From contig CAZFVC010000002.1 of NCBI GenBank assembly GCA_964522175.1, positions 1-46,995 of the forward strand: DNA of 46,995 nt, in the 5' to 3' direction. This stretch comes from an uncultured Desulfurococcaceae archaeon (GTDB taxonomy: Archaea; Thermoproteota; Thermoprotei_A; Sulfolobales; NBVN01). The notes under the pieces are model-generated. The model ran no database searches. It was not told the origin of the DNA and saw only the letters and a program-made list of their open reading frames with translations. How positions within the stretch are numbered: the stretch's first letter is position 1; every line of letters begins with the position of its first letter. This document shows positions 8,409 to 17,681 of the stretch, in pieces. Both the position numbers and the translations under genes were made by a program.

Positions 8409-9222
8409 CTCCCTTCAAAACTTCCATAACCTTCCTCTCAGGGACTGAAAGCAAAAGGAAAACGATAGTGAAGCCTGCTGCTACAGCAAGAAACTCAAAG
8501 AAGTTGAAGAATATTAGGGTTCCGCTTGTTAAGCTACCGAATAACTCGGCAGGGAGTCCTATAGGAGCGGAGGCTTTAGGCTGATTCTGAAACACATACG
8601 CCCCTACGCCGTAGATTGTTCCTATGATAAGTACTGAGAAGGCCGTTATACCGACACCTAATAGTCCTATTGTCCTAATGGTAAGCATGTTCTTCTTGTT
8701 TATGTGAGAGCCGACCGCAAAATATACGGAAAACACCACTATCAGGAGCAATGGAGCTACTGCCGCCGCAGCTCCTCCTTGGAAGCCTCCTCCAGGAGTC
8801 AAATGGCCGTGAAGCGCTATTGAGGCTGCTACAGCGAGTATTGCACCAACAGAGATTCTAGTTACTGTTTTAACTATAGGGGACATGCCGACCTGGTAAG
8901 CTCTTTCCTCAACTTTCTTTACTACTTCAACCCCTCTCATCAGAGCCATACTTCCAATTATCGCGAGGAAGAAGACCGTTGTTTCGAACAACGTGTCCAA
9001 GCCTCTGTAATCCCAGACAATAGAAGTTACTGCCTCAGGCGACATTGCCGTAAATAGTGGTGCGCTGGGATTAAGTGCAGTGAATAGGAACCAGTACGCT
9101 AAGTCCCTTACCTGAGGTAACGGGAGCACATAACCTAAACCTCCACTCGCCGTCCCCAAGGCTAACGCAACAGTTACGACGACTATGCTTAGTAACGATA
9201 TGACTCTCATCCACCCCTTCAT
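8389..9222 (-). CDS. MrpB/MnhB-domain subunit (MbhE/F-like)
   Basis: ALHGHLTPGGGFQGG is the MnhB-domain signature. 277 aa, polytopic, with an ATGA overlap with the upstream gene. Confidence 0.75.
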   Translation of the reverse strand: MKGWMRVISLLSIVVVTVALALGTASGGLGYVLPLPQVRDLAYWFLFTALNPSAPLFTAMSPEAVTSIVWDYRGLDTLFETTVFFLAIIGSMALMRGVEVVKKVEERAYQVGMSPIVKTVTRISVGAILAVAASIALHGHLTPGGGFQGGAAAAVAPLLLIVVFSVYFAVGSHINKKNMLTIRTIGLLGVGITAFSVLIIGTIYGVGAYVFQNQPKASAPIGLPAELFGSLTSGTLIFFNFFEFLAVAAGFTIVFLLLSVPERKVMEVLKGGEESEH

Positions 9223-9488
9223 GTCGACTCCCCCTCAAACCTCTCACTCTTTTTGATAAGGAATAGTATGACTGCGGGGTAAAGCCCTACAGCTACAGGT
9301 ACATATACAAGCACTATGTCTGGTGCCATGAGGAGGTAGAACAGAAATGCGTAGGCGGTGCTCTGGATGGCTGAGTATAACACTGCTTTCACTAAGTCTC
9401 TCTCCGTAATCGCCATATAGACAGCTACCAAGGAAATGATTCCAAGAAGCCCCATCACCGCATATATTAATGTTTCCTGCGAGATCAT
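9219..9488 (-). CDS. MbhD-like subunit (DUF4040 / MrpA C-terminal-like)
   Basis: 89 aa. ERDLVKAVLYSAIQS...APDIVLVYVPVAVG matches the MbhD/DUF4040 pattern. Confidence 0.6.
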   Translation of the reverse strand: MISQETLIYAVMGLLGIISLVAVYMAITERDLVKAVLYSAIQSTAYAFLFYLLMAPDIVLVYVPVAVGLYPAVILFLIKKSERFEGEST

Positions 9489-9871
9489 TTCTCCTCCACC
9501 TCCACGAACTCCTCCAAATGATCAACCACTTTAGGTTCAACCTTAGCTGCCTTCGATCGGTAGGCAGCTCTAGCTAAAGCATGAGAGCCTGCGGGAGCAA
9601 GAATAAGTATCAGGAAAGCCGTAATCACTGCACCACCAGCCATAAACCATCTATATTCACCCAAAAACTCGGAACCTGCCGCAACGAGTGCTGCCCCTAT
9701 TAATGGAAGGAAAGCCCCCCATATAGTGCCAATAGTTGCGGCATGAAGCCTTACAAAAAAGTTAGGGAATCTAAGCATCCCTATCGAAGCTATTAAATCT
9801 GAGATAACACCCACTACTATCATTACCCCGCCGATCCAGACCAAGATCCAATCTAGAGGAACTCCTGCCAT
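9485..9871 (-). CDS. MrpG/MnhG-like subunit (MbhC-like)
   Basis: GMLRFPNFFVRLHAATIGTIWG is the MnhG signature. 128 aa. Confidence 0.75.
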   Translation of the reverse strand: MAGVPLDWILVWIGGVMIVVGVISDLIASIGMLRFPNFFVRLHAATIGTIWGAFLPLIGAALVAAGSEFLGEYRWFMAGGAVITAFLILILAPAGSHALARAAYRSKAAKVEPKVVDHLEEFVEVEEK

Positions 9872-9873
9872 GA

Positions 9874-10161
9874 CTACTCACCCATCTCCTTGGCCTCCAA
9901 ATACTTAGCCACGTAAAGGTCTAGGGCATAAACCCACAGAGCGAGAACTATAGCTGTAGGGATTAGTATAGGTGATTTGAAGAATATGGCTAAAACCACT
10001 AGGAAGGCCGCGAGGTCATATGTCATAGCATCAATAGCTAATGTTGTGTCAGGTATGGTCGGGCCTTTCAATGCCCTTATGGAGTAAAGCGTGAAAGCGA
10101 TAATATACACAGGAATTGTAACCATTATTAGCGTAGTTACGACCTCCTGAAGGCCCATCAT
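9874..10161 (-). CDS. MrpF/MnhF-like subunit (MbhB-like)
   Basis: 95 aa. ALKGPTIPDTTLAIDAM resembles the MnhF GPTxxDRxxAxD motif. Confidence 0.7.
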   Translation of the reverse strand: MMGLQEVVTTLIMVTIPVYIIAFTLYSIRALKGPTIPDTTLAIDAMTYDLAAFLVVLAIFFKSPILIPTAIVLALWVYALDLYVAKYLEAKEMGE

Positions 10162-10556
10162 TCCCCGCTCACCTTCTTCAAAGTGCTTAAGGAGATGTCC
10201 CGAGAAAAGATCTTTACGGGAGAGGCCAAGCGGTACTCGGATGTAGTCACATATGCATTAGCTGGGCATATGGATACACATCTGTAGCAATAGATGCAAC
10301 GCATGTAATCAATTACTGGAAACATTTTCTTCGGGTTCCTCTTAGGCTGTTCATACTCTTCAGGAATCTTCTCCATTTTAATTGCATTGGCGGGACAATC
10401 GATCATGCAGAGAGAGCAACCAATGCACTTCTGGAGATCGGGATAATGCCTACCTCTAGCATCCGGTTCTATCTCAGTTTTTTCTTTAGGATATTGGATA
10501 GTGGCCGGCTTACTGAAAATACTTTTCAGAACCTCCTTAAGTAAAGGAACACCCAT
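10158..10556 (-). CDS. mbhN: 2x[4Fe-4S] ferredoxin-like subunit MbhN (NuoI-like)
   Basis: Two CxxCxxCxxxCP motifs: CIGCSLCMIDCP and CIYCYRCVSICP. Confidence 0.85.
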   Translation of the reverse strand: MGVPLLKEVLKSIFSKPATIQYPKEKTEIEPDARGRHYPDLQKCIGCSLCMIDCPANAIKMEKIPEEYEQPKRNPKKMFPVIDYMRCIYCYRCVSICPANAYVTTSEYRLASPVKIFSRDISLSTLKKVSGE

Positions 10557-11761
10557 CAGATCCTCCCCCTCACCACCTGCTTCATAGGTACTTTCCTCCT
10601 CTCACCTGAAACCAGGTCAACAACAGTAACCCTCTCCATACATGATATGCATGGATCGAAGCTTACCAGTATGGCAGGGACGTCCGCAATAGTGTGATTA
10701 AGGTAAACGAATCCAGAGTTGATTATGTTAGTGAATGAAGGAGTCCTTATTTTAACTCTATAGGGCTTATCCCCACCTTTACTCATAACGTAGTAAGTCA
10801 ATTCACCTCGAGGAGCCTCTGCACGGGTGAATGCCTCACCTTCAGGGAACCTTCTGGGCAACCTCTTCTCATCGACGATGGCTTCTCCTTGAGGGAGATG
10901 CGTCAAGATGTACTCACTCATCTCAATAGAGTTAAGTGTCTCTTCAAACCTCACCATACTTCTACCCCAGGAGTCGAGCTCTTTCCTAACAACTAGCCTG
11001 TATGGAACCTCGTCATAGACCTCGTATTTATCGTGATACCTCGCATCAGTACTTATGGAAGATCCCCTAGCTATAGGACCTAGAAGACTGTAGGAGGTTA
11101 TCTCGTTAGGAGTTATTTTCCCTACCCCCATCAATCTCTTCCTAACGGTGATGTCCTCCTCGAAAACCTTCATATAGTACTCGACTCTAGGCCTCAATTT
11201 TTTCAAAAGGTCAAGTATTCGCTCAGCCTTTAATGAATCTATATCCCTTCTAACCCCTCCTACCATATTGTAGTCAGCTATCACTCTATTTCCGGTAACT
11301 ATTTCCTTAGCCTTCATCACAAGTTCTCTGTCCTTCATCATGTGCATGAAAAGAGTTTCATATCCGAGAATCTCAGCCATTATCGCAAGGATCAAAATAT
11401 GGCTATGAATTCTCTCAAGCTCCATGACGAGTGTTCTTAAATATTTTGCTCTCTGAGGAGGGTCTTTATCCAGTATCTGCTCTAAGGCTCTGACGTAGCA
11501 ATTTGCGTGTACACCGTTACAAATGCCGCAAACCCTGCCAACAATGAAGATGTCTCTATAGAATGTATTCCTTTCAGCAAGCTTCTCAATCCCTCTGTGA
11601 TTATATCCAGTATTGATCTCTACCCTAATCACTTCCTCCCCTGAGGCATATACCTTAAGAAGTATGGGTTCATGGACTGCTGGATGTTGAGGACCTACAG
11701 GAACCTCAAGAAGCATCGGTATTTCCAGTGCCTTAGTTGCCTTATCTACTGACCCACTCAC
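10556..11761 (-). CDS. mbhL: Group-4 [NiFe] hydrogenase large subunit MbhL
   Basis: L1 motif RVCGICNGVH (Cys78/Cys81) and C-terminal DPCISCMER (Cys371/Cys374), followed by a 24-residue tail (VTVVDL...RGRI). This is a protease substrate configuration. Confidence 0.9.
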   Translation of the reverse strand: MSGSVDKATKALEIPMLLEVPVGPQHPAVHEPILLKVYASGEEVIRVEINTGYNHRGIEKLAERNTFYRDIFIVGRVCGICNGVHANCYVRALEQILDKDPPQRAKYLRTLVMELERIHSHILILAIMAEILGYETLFMHMMKDRELVMKAKEIVTGNRVIADYNMVGGVRRDIDSLKAERILDLLKKLRPRVEYYMKVFEEDITVRKRLMGVGKITPNEITSYSLLGPIARGSSISTDARYHDKYEVYDEVPYRLVVRKELDSWGRSMVRFEETLNSIEMSEYILTHLPQGEAIVDEKRLPRRFPEGEAFTRAEAPRGELTYYVMSKGGDKPYRVKIRTPSFTNIINSGFVYLNHTIADVPAILVSFDPCISCMERVTVVDLVSGERRKVPMKQVVRGRI

Positions 11762-11763
11762 CG

Positions 11764-12213
11764 CTAAACACCCGAGTCTTTTCTTAGCGGGAATATGCCT
11801 TTCTCCGCTATGTCTGTGGGAACGAAGAATGATCTTTTTAGGTGAGGATTCCCTTCGAACACTACACCCAGCAGATCATATGTCTCACACTCAGCGCTTA
11901 ATGCACCGGGTAACTCATCAAGAATTGACTCAATCCTAGGATCTTCTCTACTTAAGAAAGTTCTGAGGACGATATACTTGTCTATACTATATATATTAAT
12001 GAAATAGTCAACTCTTATGATGCCTTTATCCTGGAAATCTGTTCCAACAATATTACTCAAATAAAGCCCAGTAATTCCGTAGGAAGATTTAAGCTTCTTT
12101 ATAGCTTCCTTCACTTTAGAGGGGTCAACCTCAAAGACTAGAGAATCAGGCTTGACTGTTCCGGAGGGCTTAGCCAGACCCTCCAAAATCTTTGCAGGAT
12201 CATCCGCTGGCAC
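11764..12213 (-). CDS. mbhK: NuoC-like subunit MbhK
   Basis: 149 aa. Its position between the small and large subunits and the AECETYDLLGVVFEGNPHLKR motif are typical of NuoC/HycE-N. Confidence 0.75.
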   Translation of the reverse strand: MPADDPAKILEGLAKPSGTVKPDSLVFEVDPSKVKEAIKKLKSSYGITGLYLSNIVGTDFQDKGIIRVDYFINIYSIDKYIVLRTFLSREDPRIESILDELPGALSAECETYDLLGVVFEGNPHLKRSFFVPTDIAEKGIFPLRKDSGV

Positions 12214-12655
12214 TTACACTCACCTCCTTCTCTTGGGAGCTCTCCTCAAGTTTCTTAAGTAGTTTAACTATCGCATCCAATATTGCTTCAGGTCTTGGTG
12301 GACATCCAGGGATATAGATATCGACAGGGACTACTTTACCTACTCCACCAACAACCGAGTAGCTTCCCGCAAAAACACCGCCGCTGCATCCGCAGGCCCC
12401 AACGGCAACCACGAATTTGGGACTAGGCATCTGGTCATAGAGCCTCTTAAGCCTCTCAGCAGCCTTTTTGGTCACTCCTCCCGTGACTATAAGGATGTCT
12501 CCGTGCCTGATTGATGGAGCTAATTTGACTCCGAACCTTTCAGGATCATAAAGAGGTGTAAGGGCAGTAAGCACCTCGATGTCACACCCGTTACAGGCTC
12601 CCGTATTGAAATGAACCAGCCACGGGGTGTAACGAATGATTTTAACCCTGTCCAT
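12200..12655 (-). CDS. mbhJ: Hydrogenase small subunit MbhJ (NuoB-like)
   Basis: Proximal-cluster cysteines are present in GACNGCD, GACGCSGG and IPGCPP. 151 aa. Confidence 0.9.
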   Translation of the reverse strand: MDRVKIIRYTPWLVHFNTGACNGCDIEVLTALTPLYDPERFGVKLAPSIRHGDILIVTGGVTKKAAERLKRLYDQMPSPKFVVAVGACGCSGGVFAGSYSVVGGVGKVVPVDIYIPGCPPRPEAILDAIVKLLKKLEESSQEKEVSVSASG

Positions 12656-12666
12656 GACTGTATAAA

Positions 12667-12712
12667 CCTCCCTTTTCCGTGTTTTAGTAAAGCGAACAGT
12701 ATATAAATATAT
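12667..12712 (-). promoter_or_regulatory. Putative TATA box plus Shine-Dalgarno for the mbh operon
   Basis: On the - strand, ATATATTTATATA (12700-12712) lies about 45-57 nt upstream of the mbhJ ATG. GGGAGG (12667-12672) lies 11 nt upstream of that ATG. Sequence-only prediction. Confidence 0.35.
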
Positions 12713-12756
12713 CCTTACAGAACTGAAAATAATTTAAGATATGTATAAAATTTATG

Positions 12757-15087
12757 TTAATTATTCTTCCCTAAGGAAGCAATGACCTGACCAAGAGCAA
12801 TAGAACCATCGTTAGGCGGAACCTCCTCTGGAAGCATTACCTCTAAACCTCTCCCCCTCAAGGCATATCTAATCCCTCTAACCAGATAGTTGTTCACAGC
12901 TGCCCCACCCCCAATAACGACTTTAGTAATTTTCTTGACTATTTTACCATGAATTTCCGCCGCTGCAGAACCCAGCCCATAACCCAATCCAAACTGGAAA
13001 GTTGCCGCAAGAGATCTGAGAGTTGATGAGTCTGACTTAATTCTTTCGGCTATGTACATCAGGGGTTCCACAACAGGTACATTAAGCAAATTCCCCTCCC
13101 CCCGATAAGGAACGAATAGATCCATAGCATCATAAATGATTTTCCCTCCTCTACTGAAAGCCTCTAGCTTTATCGCTGGCTCCCCCTCATAAGACCTACT
13201 TAGGCAAACACCCAAGAGAGCGGAAGCTGCGTCTAAGGCCCTCCCTGTGGAAGATGACTTAACATATCTCCCAGCATTGAGTGCTGTACTAAGTAATTCT
13301 ACCTCATCAACACCACCCTTCAACCCTTTAACGGCTCCTGACTCCTCGAGAACCTGAATGACGTCCTCAAGAGGAATCCTTGTAAGAAGAGAGGTCGCTA
13401 AGTATCTCGCCGGACGAAGAACCGACTCATCCCCGACGAAAGGAAGATACTCGAGTTGAGCAACCCTTTCATAAGTCAGGTCCTCACGGACATAGAGAAC
13501 CTCGCCTCCCCAAATATTACCATCGTCTCCGTAACCCACACCATCCATTACTATTGCAAGAAAGGGCTCCCCTAAAATCCTTCTATCTGCAGCGACTGCT
13601 AAGGCATGAGCGTAATGATGTTGAACCTCCATTAATTCCGCACCCGAATTCTCCGCAATCTCCATTCCCAGCTTTCTCGAAAAATACAAGGGATGCTTAT
13701 CGACGACTACTACTCCCTTACTTAAGTTTATACTGTAATTCCTTATGAAGAACTTAATGTATTTCTCGAGGTCCAGAAGAGTTTCAACATCATCCACATC
13801 ACCTATGTATTGAGTTAGAACAACCTTATTCTCGAAACCGACTGCTCCAGCATTATTTAACTCAGCACCAAATGCCACAACCTCCTTATCGAGGGAAACG
13901 TTAACTTTGAGCCAGCGAGGAGCGTAGCCCCGTCCCCTTCTAATAAGGGTGAGATCCCCGTCAGTGAACCTCACCACAGAATCATCCACTCTATTAACAA
14001 TATCTCTATCATGCACCAGAAAATAATCTACGTAACTCGAGAGCTTACTGAAGGCACACTCCTCATTAATACACATGGGCTTACCCTTAGGGTTGCCGCT
14101 TGTCATAATGAGGAATTTATCCTTCGTGGATTCCAGCAGTAGGTAGTGAAGAGGTGTGTAGGGTGTGAAAACGCCCTCCACATCCATTCCGGGAGAAACA
14201 TATCTGGATACAGGAGAGTCAATTTTCTTTGGCAAAAGAACTATGGGTCTTTCTGGAGAGTTAAAGAGCTTAAGTGCTATCGAATTAATCTCAACTAACT
14301 TCGAAAGAACTCCACTATTCAGCCCCATCACTGCGAAGGGCTTACTTGGTCTATTCTTCCTCTTCCTCAGCTTCAGAACCACTTCATCATCTGTGGCTAG
14401 GGCAGCAATATGATAACCACCTAAACCTTTAACAGCAACTATGTGCCCTTCATCGATAAGCTTAGCTGCTTCCTCTATTGGGTCCTTGCACTCTACATGT
14501 CCACCTTCATTATCAGTTAGCCATAGCCTAGGGCCGTCTAAAGGGCAACTTATTCCTTGAGCATGATAACGCCTCACATTCCGCAGATCCCTGTATTCTT
14601 CCATACATTGAGGGCATAAGGGGTACTTCCTCATGCTGGTGTTTTCCCTATCATAAGGGGTTCTATACATCATTGAGAATCTGGGGCCGCACCATGCACA
14701 CGAATTAAATGCATACCTATACCTCCTATTATTAGGATCCTTTATCTCTCTAAGGCAATGCTCGCATACCGCAAAATCCGGCGGGATCATTGATCTCTTT
14801 ATTTTTTCCTTACTGCTGGGGAGAATGGTAAATTCCTTCACTCCCTTTGGACGCTCCTCGAAAATCTCTACTGCCTCAATAATTGCTGGAGGAGGCTTCT
14901 CCTCCCACATAGCTTTAATGAATTTCCTTATGCTTTCCGATGATCCCTCAATAAAAACCTCTACCTCAGAACCTCCAGCATTCCTCACATATCCTCTAAC
15001 GCCTGTTTTATGAGCTATCCTATGAATAAACGGTCTGAAGCCCACACCTTGCACTAGGCCTTCAATAATTAGTCGGTACGCAGGCAT
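12757..15087 (-). CDS. hypF: Carbamoyltransferase HypF
   Basis: 776 aa. Acylphosphatase N-terminus (VQGVGFRPF), two tandem CxxC-X18-CxxC-type zinc fingers, then YrdC-like and Kae1-like regions. Confidence 0.95.
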   Translation of the reverse strand: MPAYRLIIEGLVQGVGFRPFIHRIAHKTGVRGYVRNAGGSEVEVFIEGSSESIRKFIKAMWEEKPPPAIIEAVEIFEERPKGVKEFTILPSSKEKIKRSMIPPDFAVCEHCLREIKDPNNRRYRYAFNSCAWCGPRFSMMYRTPYDRENTSMRKYPLCPQCMEEYRDLRNVRRYHAQGISCPLDGPRLWLTDNEGGHVECKDPIEEAAKLIDEGHIVAVKGLGGYHIAALATDDEVVLKLRKRKNRPSKPFAVMGLNSGVLSKLVEINSIALKLFNSPERPIVLLPKKIDSPVSRYVSPGMDVEGVFTPYTPLHYLLLESTKDKFLIMTSGNPKGKPMCINEECAFSKLSSYVDYFLVHDRDIVNRVDDSVVRFTDGDLTLIRRGRGYAPRWLKVNVSLDKEVVAFGAELNNAGAVGFENKVVLTQYIGDVDDVETLLDLEKYIKFFIRNYSINLSKGVVVVDKHPLYFSRKLGMEIAENSGAELMEVQHHYAHALAVAADRRILGEPFLAIVMDGVGYGDDGNIWGGEVLYVREDLTYERVAQLEYLPFVGDESVLRPARYLATSLLTRIPLEDVIQVLEESGAVKGLKGGVDEVELLSTALNAGRYVKSSSTGRALDAASALLGVCLSRSYEGEPAIKLEAFSRGGKIIYDAMDLFVPYRGEGNLLNVPVVEPLMYIAERIKSDSSTLRSLAATFQFGLGYGLGSAAAEIHGKIVKKITKVVIGGGAAVNNYLVRGIRYALRGRGLEVMLPEEVPPNDGSIALGQVIASLGKNN

Positions 15088-15130
15088 TACTTACCGTATA
15101 AAAAAGAGGATTACGTTATAAGGTATTTTC

Positions 15131-15433
15131 TTACCTCATTATTTCCTTAGCTACAAACGTACCTATCTCTGATGCGAGCGTGTCGAGGCACGAGATAAAT
15201 TTCTCCTCATTAATAAGGACGAGCTCTTCACATTCATCTATTCTGGTCTTAAGCTTCTCAAGATCCTCGCTTTCTCCAGAAAGCTGTTCCAATGCCTCAA
15301 TGATTATTTTTCCTCCCTCAATGAGCCTTAAAGGCCCGTATATCTGTGGTTCGTTGGGAAGTCCTTGAGCACTAGTTACTAGGTAGGAGAGGCCCCGAAC
15401 AAGCGTTTCCCTTAATTCTTCAGTATCCTTCAT
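15131..15433 (-). CDS. Hypothetical small acidic helical protein
   Basis: 100-aa ORF overlapping the nitroreductase stop by 14 nt. No motif confidently recognised. Confidence 0.5.
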   Translation of the reverse strand: MKDTEELRETLVRGLSYLVTSAQGLPNEPQIYGPLRLIEGGKIIIEALEQLSGESEDLEKLKTRIDECEELVLINEEKFISCLDTLASEIGTFVAKEIMR

Positions 15434-15950
15434 AATGCACGACCTCGTTTAATGGTCTTCTAGGTGGAGGGGAAGGAACAATCTTGGGGTATCCGAAAGA
15501 CAGTAACAGTACAGGCTTGATGTGAGGAGGTATGCGGAAAAGCTGTCTTAAGGCAGGTTCACTAAAGGAGAGAACTGGGCATGATCCTATTCCCATAGTG
15601 TGGGCCATAAGCATCATATTCTGGGCAGACATTGAGATATCCATTAGGGCAGATAATTCCCCAAGTTTTCCGCCTTTTTCAGCTCGCTTTAGATTTATGC
15701 AGAGAATTATGACTAGTGAGGGATTTCCGAAAAGCCCCGGAACAACCATTTTCAGGGCCTTCAGGTTCCTCTTCTCTTTAACTACGATGAATTCCCATGG
15801 CTGAATATTGCTACCGGTTGGCGCCCAGATAGCGGCCTCAAGTATTTTCTGGATGCCTTCCTCCGGTATTTCCCCTTCTTTATACTGCCTCACTGCCCTT
15901 CTTGATTTAATAATTTGAAGAAGTTCTTCAGTTGTGCAGCTGCTTCCCAA
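15420..15950 (-). CDS. Nitroreductase-family flavoprotein
   Basis: RRAVRQYKEGEIP...APTGSNIQPWEFIVV is the classic nitroreductase N-terminal signature. Confidence 0.85.
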   Translation of the reverse strand: MGSSCTTEELLQIIKSRRAVRQYKEGEIPEEGIQKILEAAIWAPTGSNIQPWEFIVVKEKRNLKALKMVVPGLFGNPSLVIILCINLKRAEKGGKLGELSALMDISMSAQNMMLMAHTMGIGSCPVLSFSEPALRQLFRIPPHIKPVLLLSFGYPKIVPSPPPRRPLNEVVHYEGY

Positions 15951-15953
15951 AAC

Positions 15954-17000
15954 TCAGGCACCATACCTCAGTTTTTTGGCCATATCCCTTAACTCTGGAT
16001 GTACGTACTCTCCGTTCTCTATGATTTTCTCCCCGTCACCGATTACGGTGGGGTTTAGACATATACCGTCTGTGTGTGATGCTGCTGGACCCAGCTTCCC
16101 TTTGAAGGTGCTTGACTGGAAGCCGAGTCCCCACTCCACAGCCCCCCAAACCCTTTCATCCTCAAGAATGTTTCCTGTTAATTTCGCACCTGGATTCACT
16201 CCATAGGATAAATGAGCGATCATGAACATGCCTGGGTCATTAAATGACTTAAGCCATGATTCAAACACCTTAGCTTCGGATCCGCCTTCAATCCTATATA
16301 CCCTTCCCTCACGTACGTACAGTTTAATGGGGGTTCTTAGCAGACCCAGCTCTTCAGGAGGCCAAACCGAGCCATCAAACACTATAACTCCATTAATGGA
16401 GTCCTCCACGGGGGCCCAATCCACCTGACCAAACAGCATATACTCTCCCGGCCCGGAAACTTCACCCTCAACAAGAACAGGCCGGCTGGGGTCGTTCTCG
16501 AACTCTACATCCATACCTGCAGGAGAGGTTATTTTCATGTGTTTAGATTTCCTAGTTATTTCACCCAGCTTCCTCTGGAGTTTATATAGGGTTGGAACAT
16601 CTACTTTCCCTATATTCCTCACCATCATCTCCGTGGTCATCCCAACTAGGCAAATGTATCGAGTGCGGCCCTTCTTCATCGCCTCTTCATAAGGTGTTGA
16701 GTAGAGAAGCCAAGATTTGTTGAACTCTATCCACACATCCGATTCCGGGATTGAAGACTTAAGTGTTCTTAACGGTATGTGTGGATCCGCAGCTTTTCCC
16801 ACGCCTGGAGGTGCTCTATACCAGAGAACGAGAGGCTTAGCACCCAACTGGGCAGCGGCTTTAGCTGTAGCCTCCACAACCCTCCAATCACTTCCAGTAT
16901 CAGCCGTAATGACTACTTCCTCACCGTCCTTCACCTTCATTACATCCTTCACGAGCTTATAAGCAGATATACTTAATTCTAGATCGAGACCTTGAGGCAT
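15954..17000 (-). CDS. M29 (aminopeptidase T/S)-fold protein, NicX-like
   Basis: 348 aa. The layout parallels the clearer M29 protein at 25904-26977 (N-terminal GEEVVITAD, central GQVDWAP...NG, C-terminal HLSYG/HTDG). The actual activity is uncertain. Confidence 0.5.
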   Translation of the reverse strand: MPQGLDLELSISAYKLVKDVMKVKDGEEVVITADTGSDWRVVEATAKAAAQLGAKPLVLWYRAPPGVGKAADPHIPLRTLKSSIPESDVWIEFNKSWLLYSTPYEEAMKKGRTRYICLVGMTTEMMVRNIGKVDVPTLYKLQRKLGEITRKSKHMKITSPAGMDVEFENDPSRPVLVEGEVSGPGEYMLFGQVDWAPVEDSINGVIVFDGSVWPPEELGLLRTPIKLYVREGRVYRIEGGSEAKVFESWLKSFNDPGMFMIAHLSYGVNPGAKLTGNILEDERVWGAVEWGLGFQSSTFKGKLGPAASHTDGICLNPTVIGDGEKIIENGEYVHPELRDMAKKLRYGA

Positions 17001-17006
17001 AATTAA

Positions 17007-17681
17007 TCACTTTCCAAACAACCCATTATGTAGCCCGAGCTTAATTAGTCCCTCCAATGTCTTTAAAGCAGCGCCCGCAGGGTCAATAACAGGAATCCCG
17101 ACGGCCTTCTGTACCTCCCTCGCGAGTCCAGCCAAGCCGGTACATCCCAAAACAGCAACATCAACCCCCCTCGCCCTTATTTCCTTATTAATGACTGAAA
17201 TCAAGGCCTTCTTCACACCGTCTCTATCAGAATCTATATCCAGCACGCCATAAGGAATCCCCTTAATCCCAACAACAAAGCTGCTTAGGCCTAACTGACG
17301 TATCCTATCATCAATAATCCATAAAGCCTCATTCCCTACACTGGCGACAAGAACTTTCCTGCCTATCAAGGATGCTAAGGCAAGTGAAGATTCACAAGGT
17401 CCCACAACAGGTTGCTTAATCATTCCCTTTAACATATCGACGCCCGGATCAAAAAAACAGTTCACTATCACTCCATCGAACCCTTCATGAATTTCCTTAA
17501 CTAGCTTCACCACCCTGTAAGTTACCTCAGCATGAGCTTCCGGAGTCTCGATACTCATAGGCCCTTCAGACAGAGATCTAACAATGATTTCGGTTCCTTG
17601 AGAAGCAAATTCTTCATAAGTTCTTTTGTCTTGCTCGTCCCAAGTACTATGCCCTACAGGGTTAACGATAAGAACCCTCAT
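17007..17681 (-). CDS. Asp/Glu/hydantoin racemase family protein with both catalytic Cys
   Basis: MRVLIVNP...NCFFDPG...VVGPCESS (Cys96)...VLGCTGL. Both thiol positions of the two-base mechanism are present. Confidence 0.75.
   Translation of the reverse strand: MRVLIVNPVGHSTWDEQDKRTYEEFASQGTEIIVRSLSEGPMSIETPEAHAEVTYRVVKLVKEIHEGFDGVIVNCFFDPGVDMLKGMIKQPVVGPCESSLALASLIGRKVLVASVGNEALWIIDDRIRQLGLSSFVVGIKGIPYGVLDIDSDRDGVKKALISVINKEIRARGVDVAVLGCTGLAGLAREVQKAVGIPVIDPAGAALKTLEGLIKLGLHNGLFGK

Noticed and set aside
9244-9540. 98-aa alternative-frame ORF on the - strand inside the MbhD-like/MrpG-like genes
   Set aside because: It is fully embedded in two ORFs with clear family motifs. Its Arg/Cys/Ser/His-rich composition is typical of an off-frame translation.
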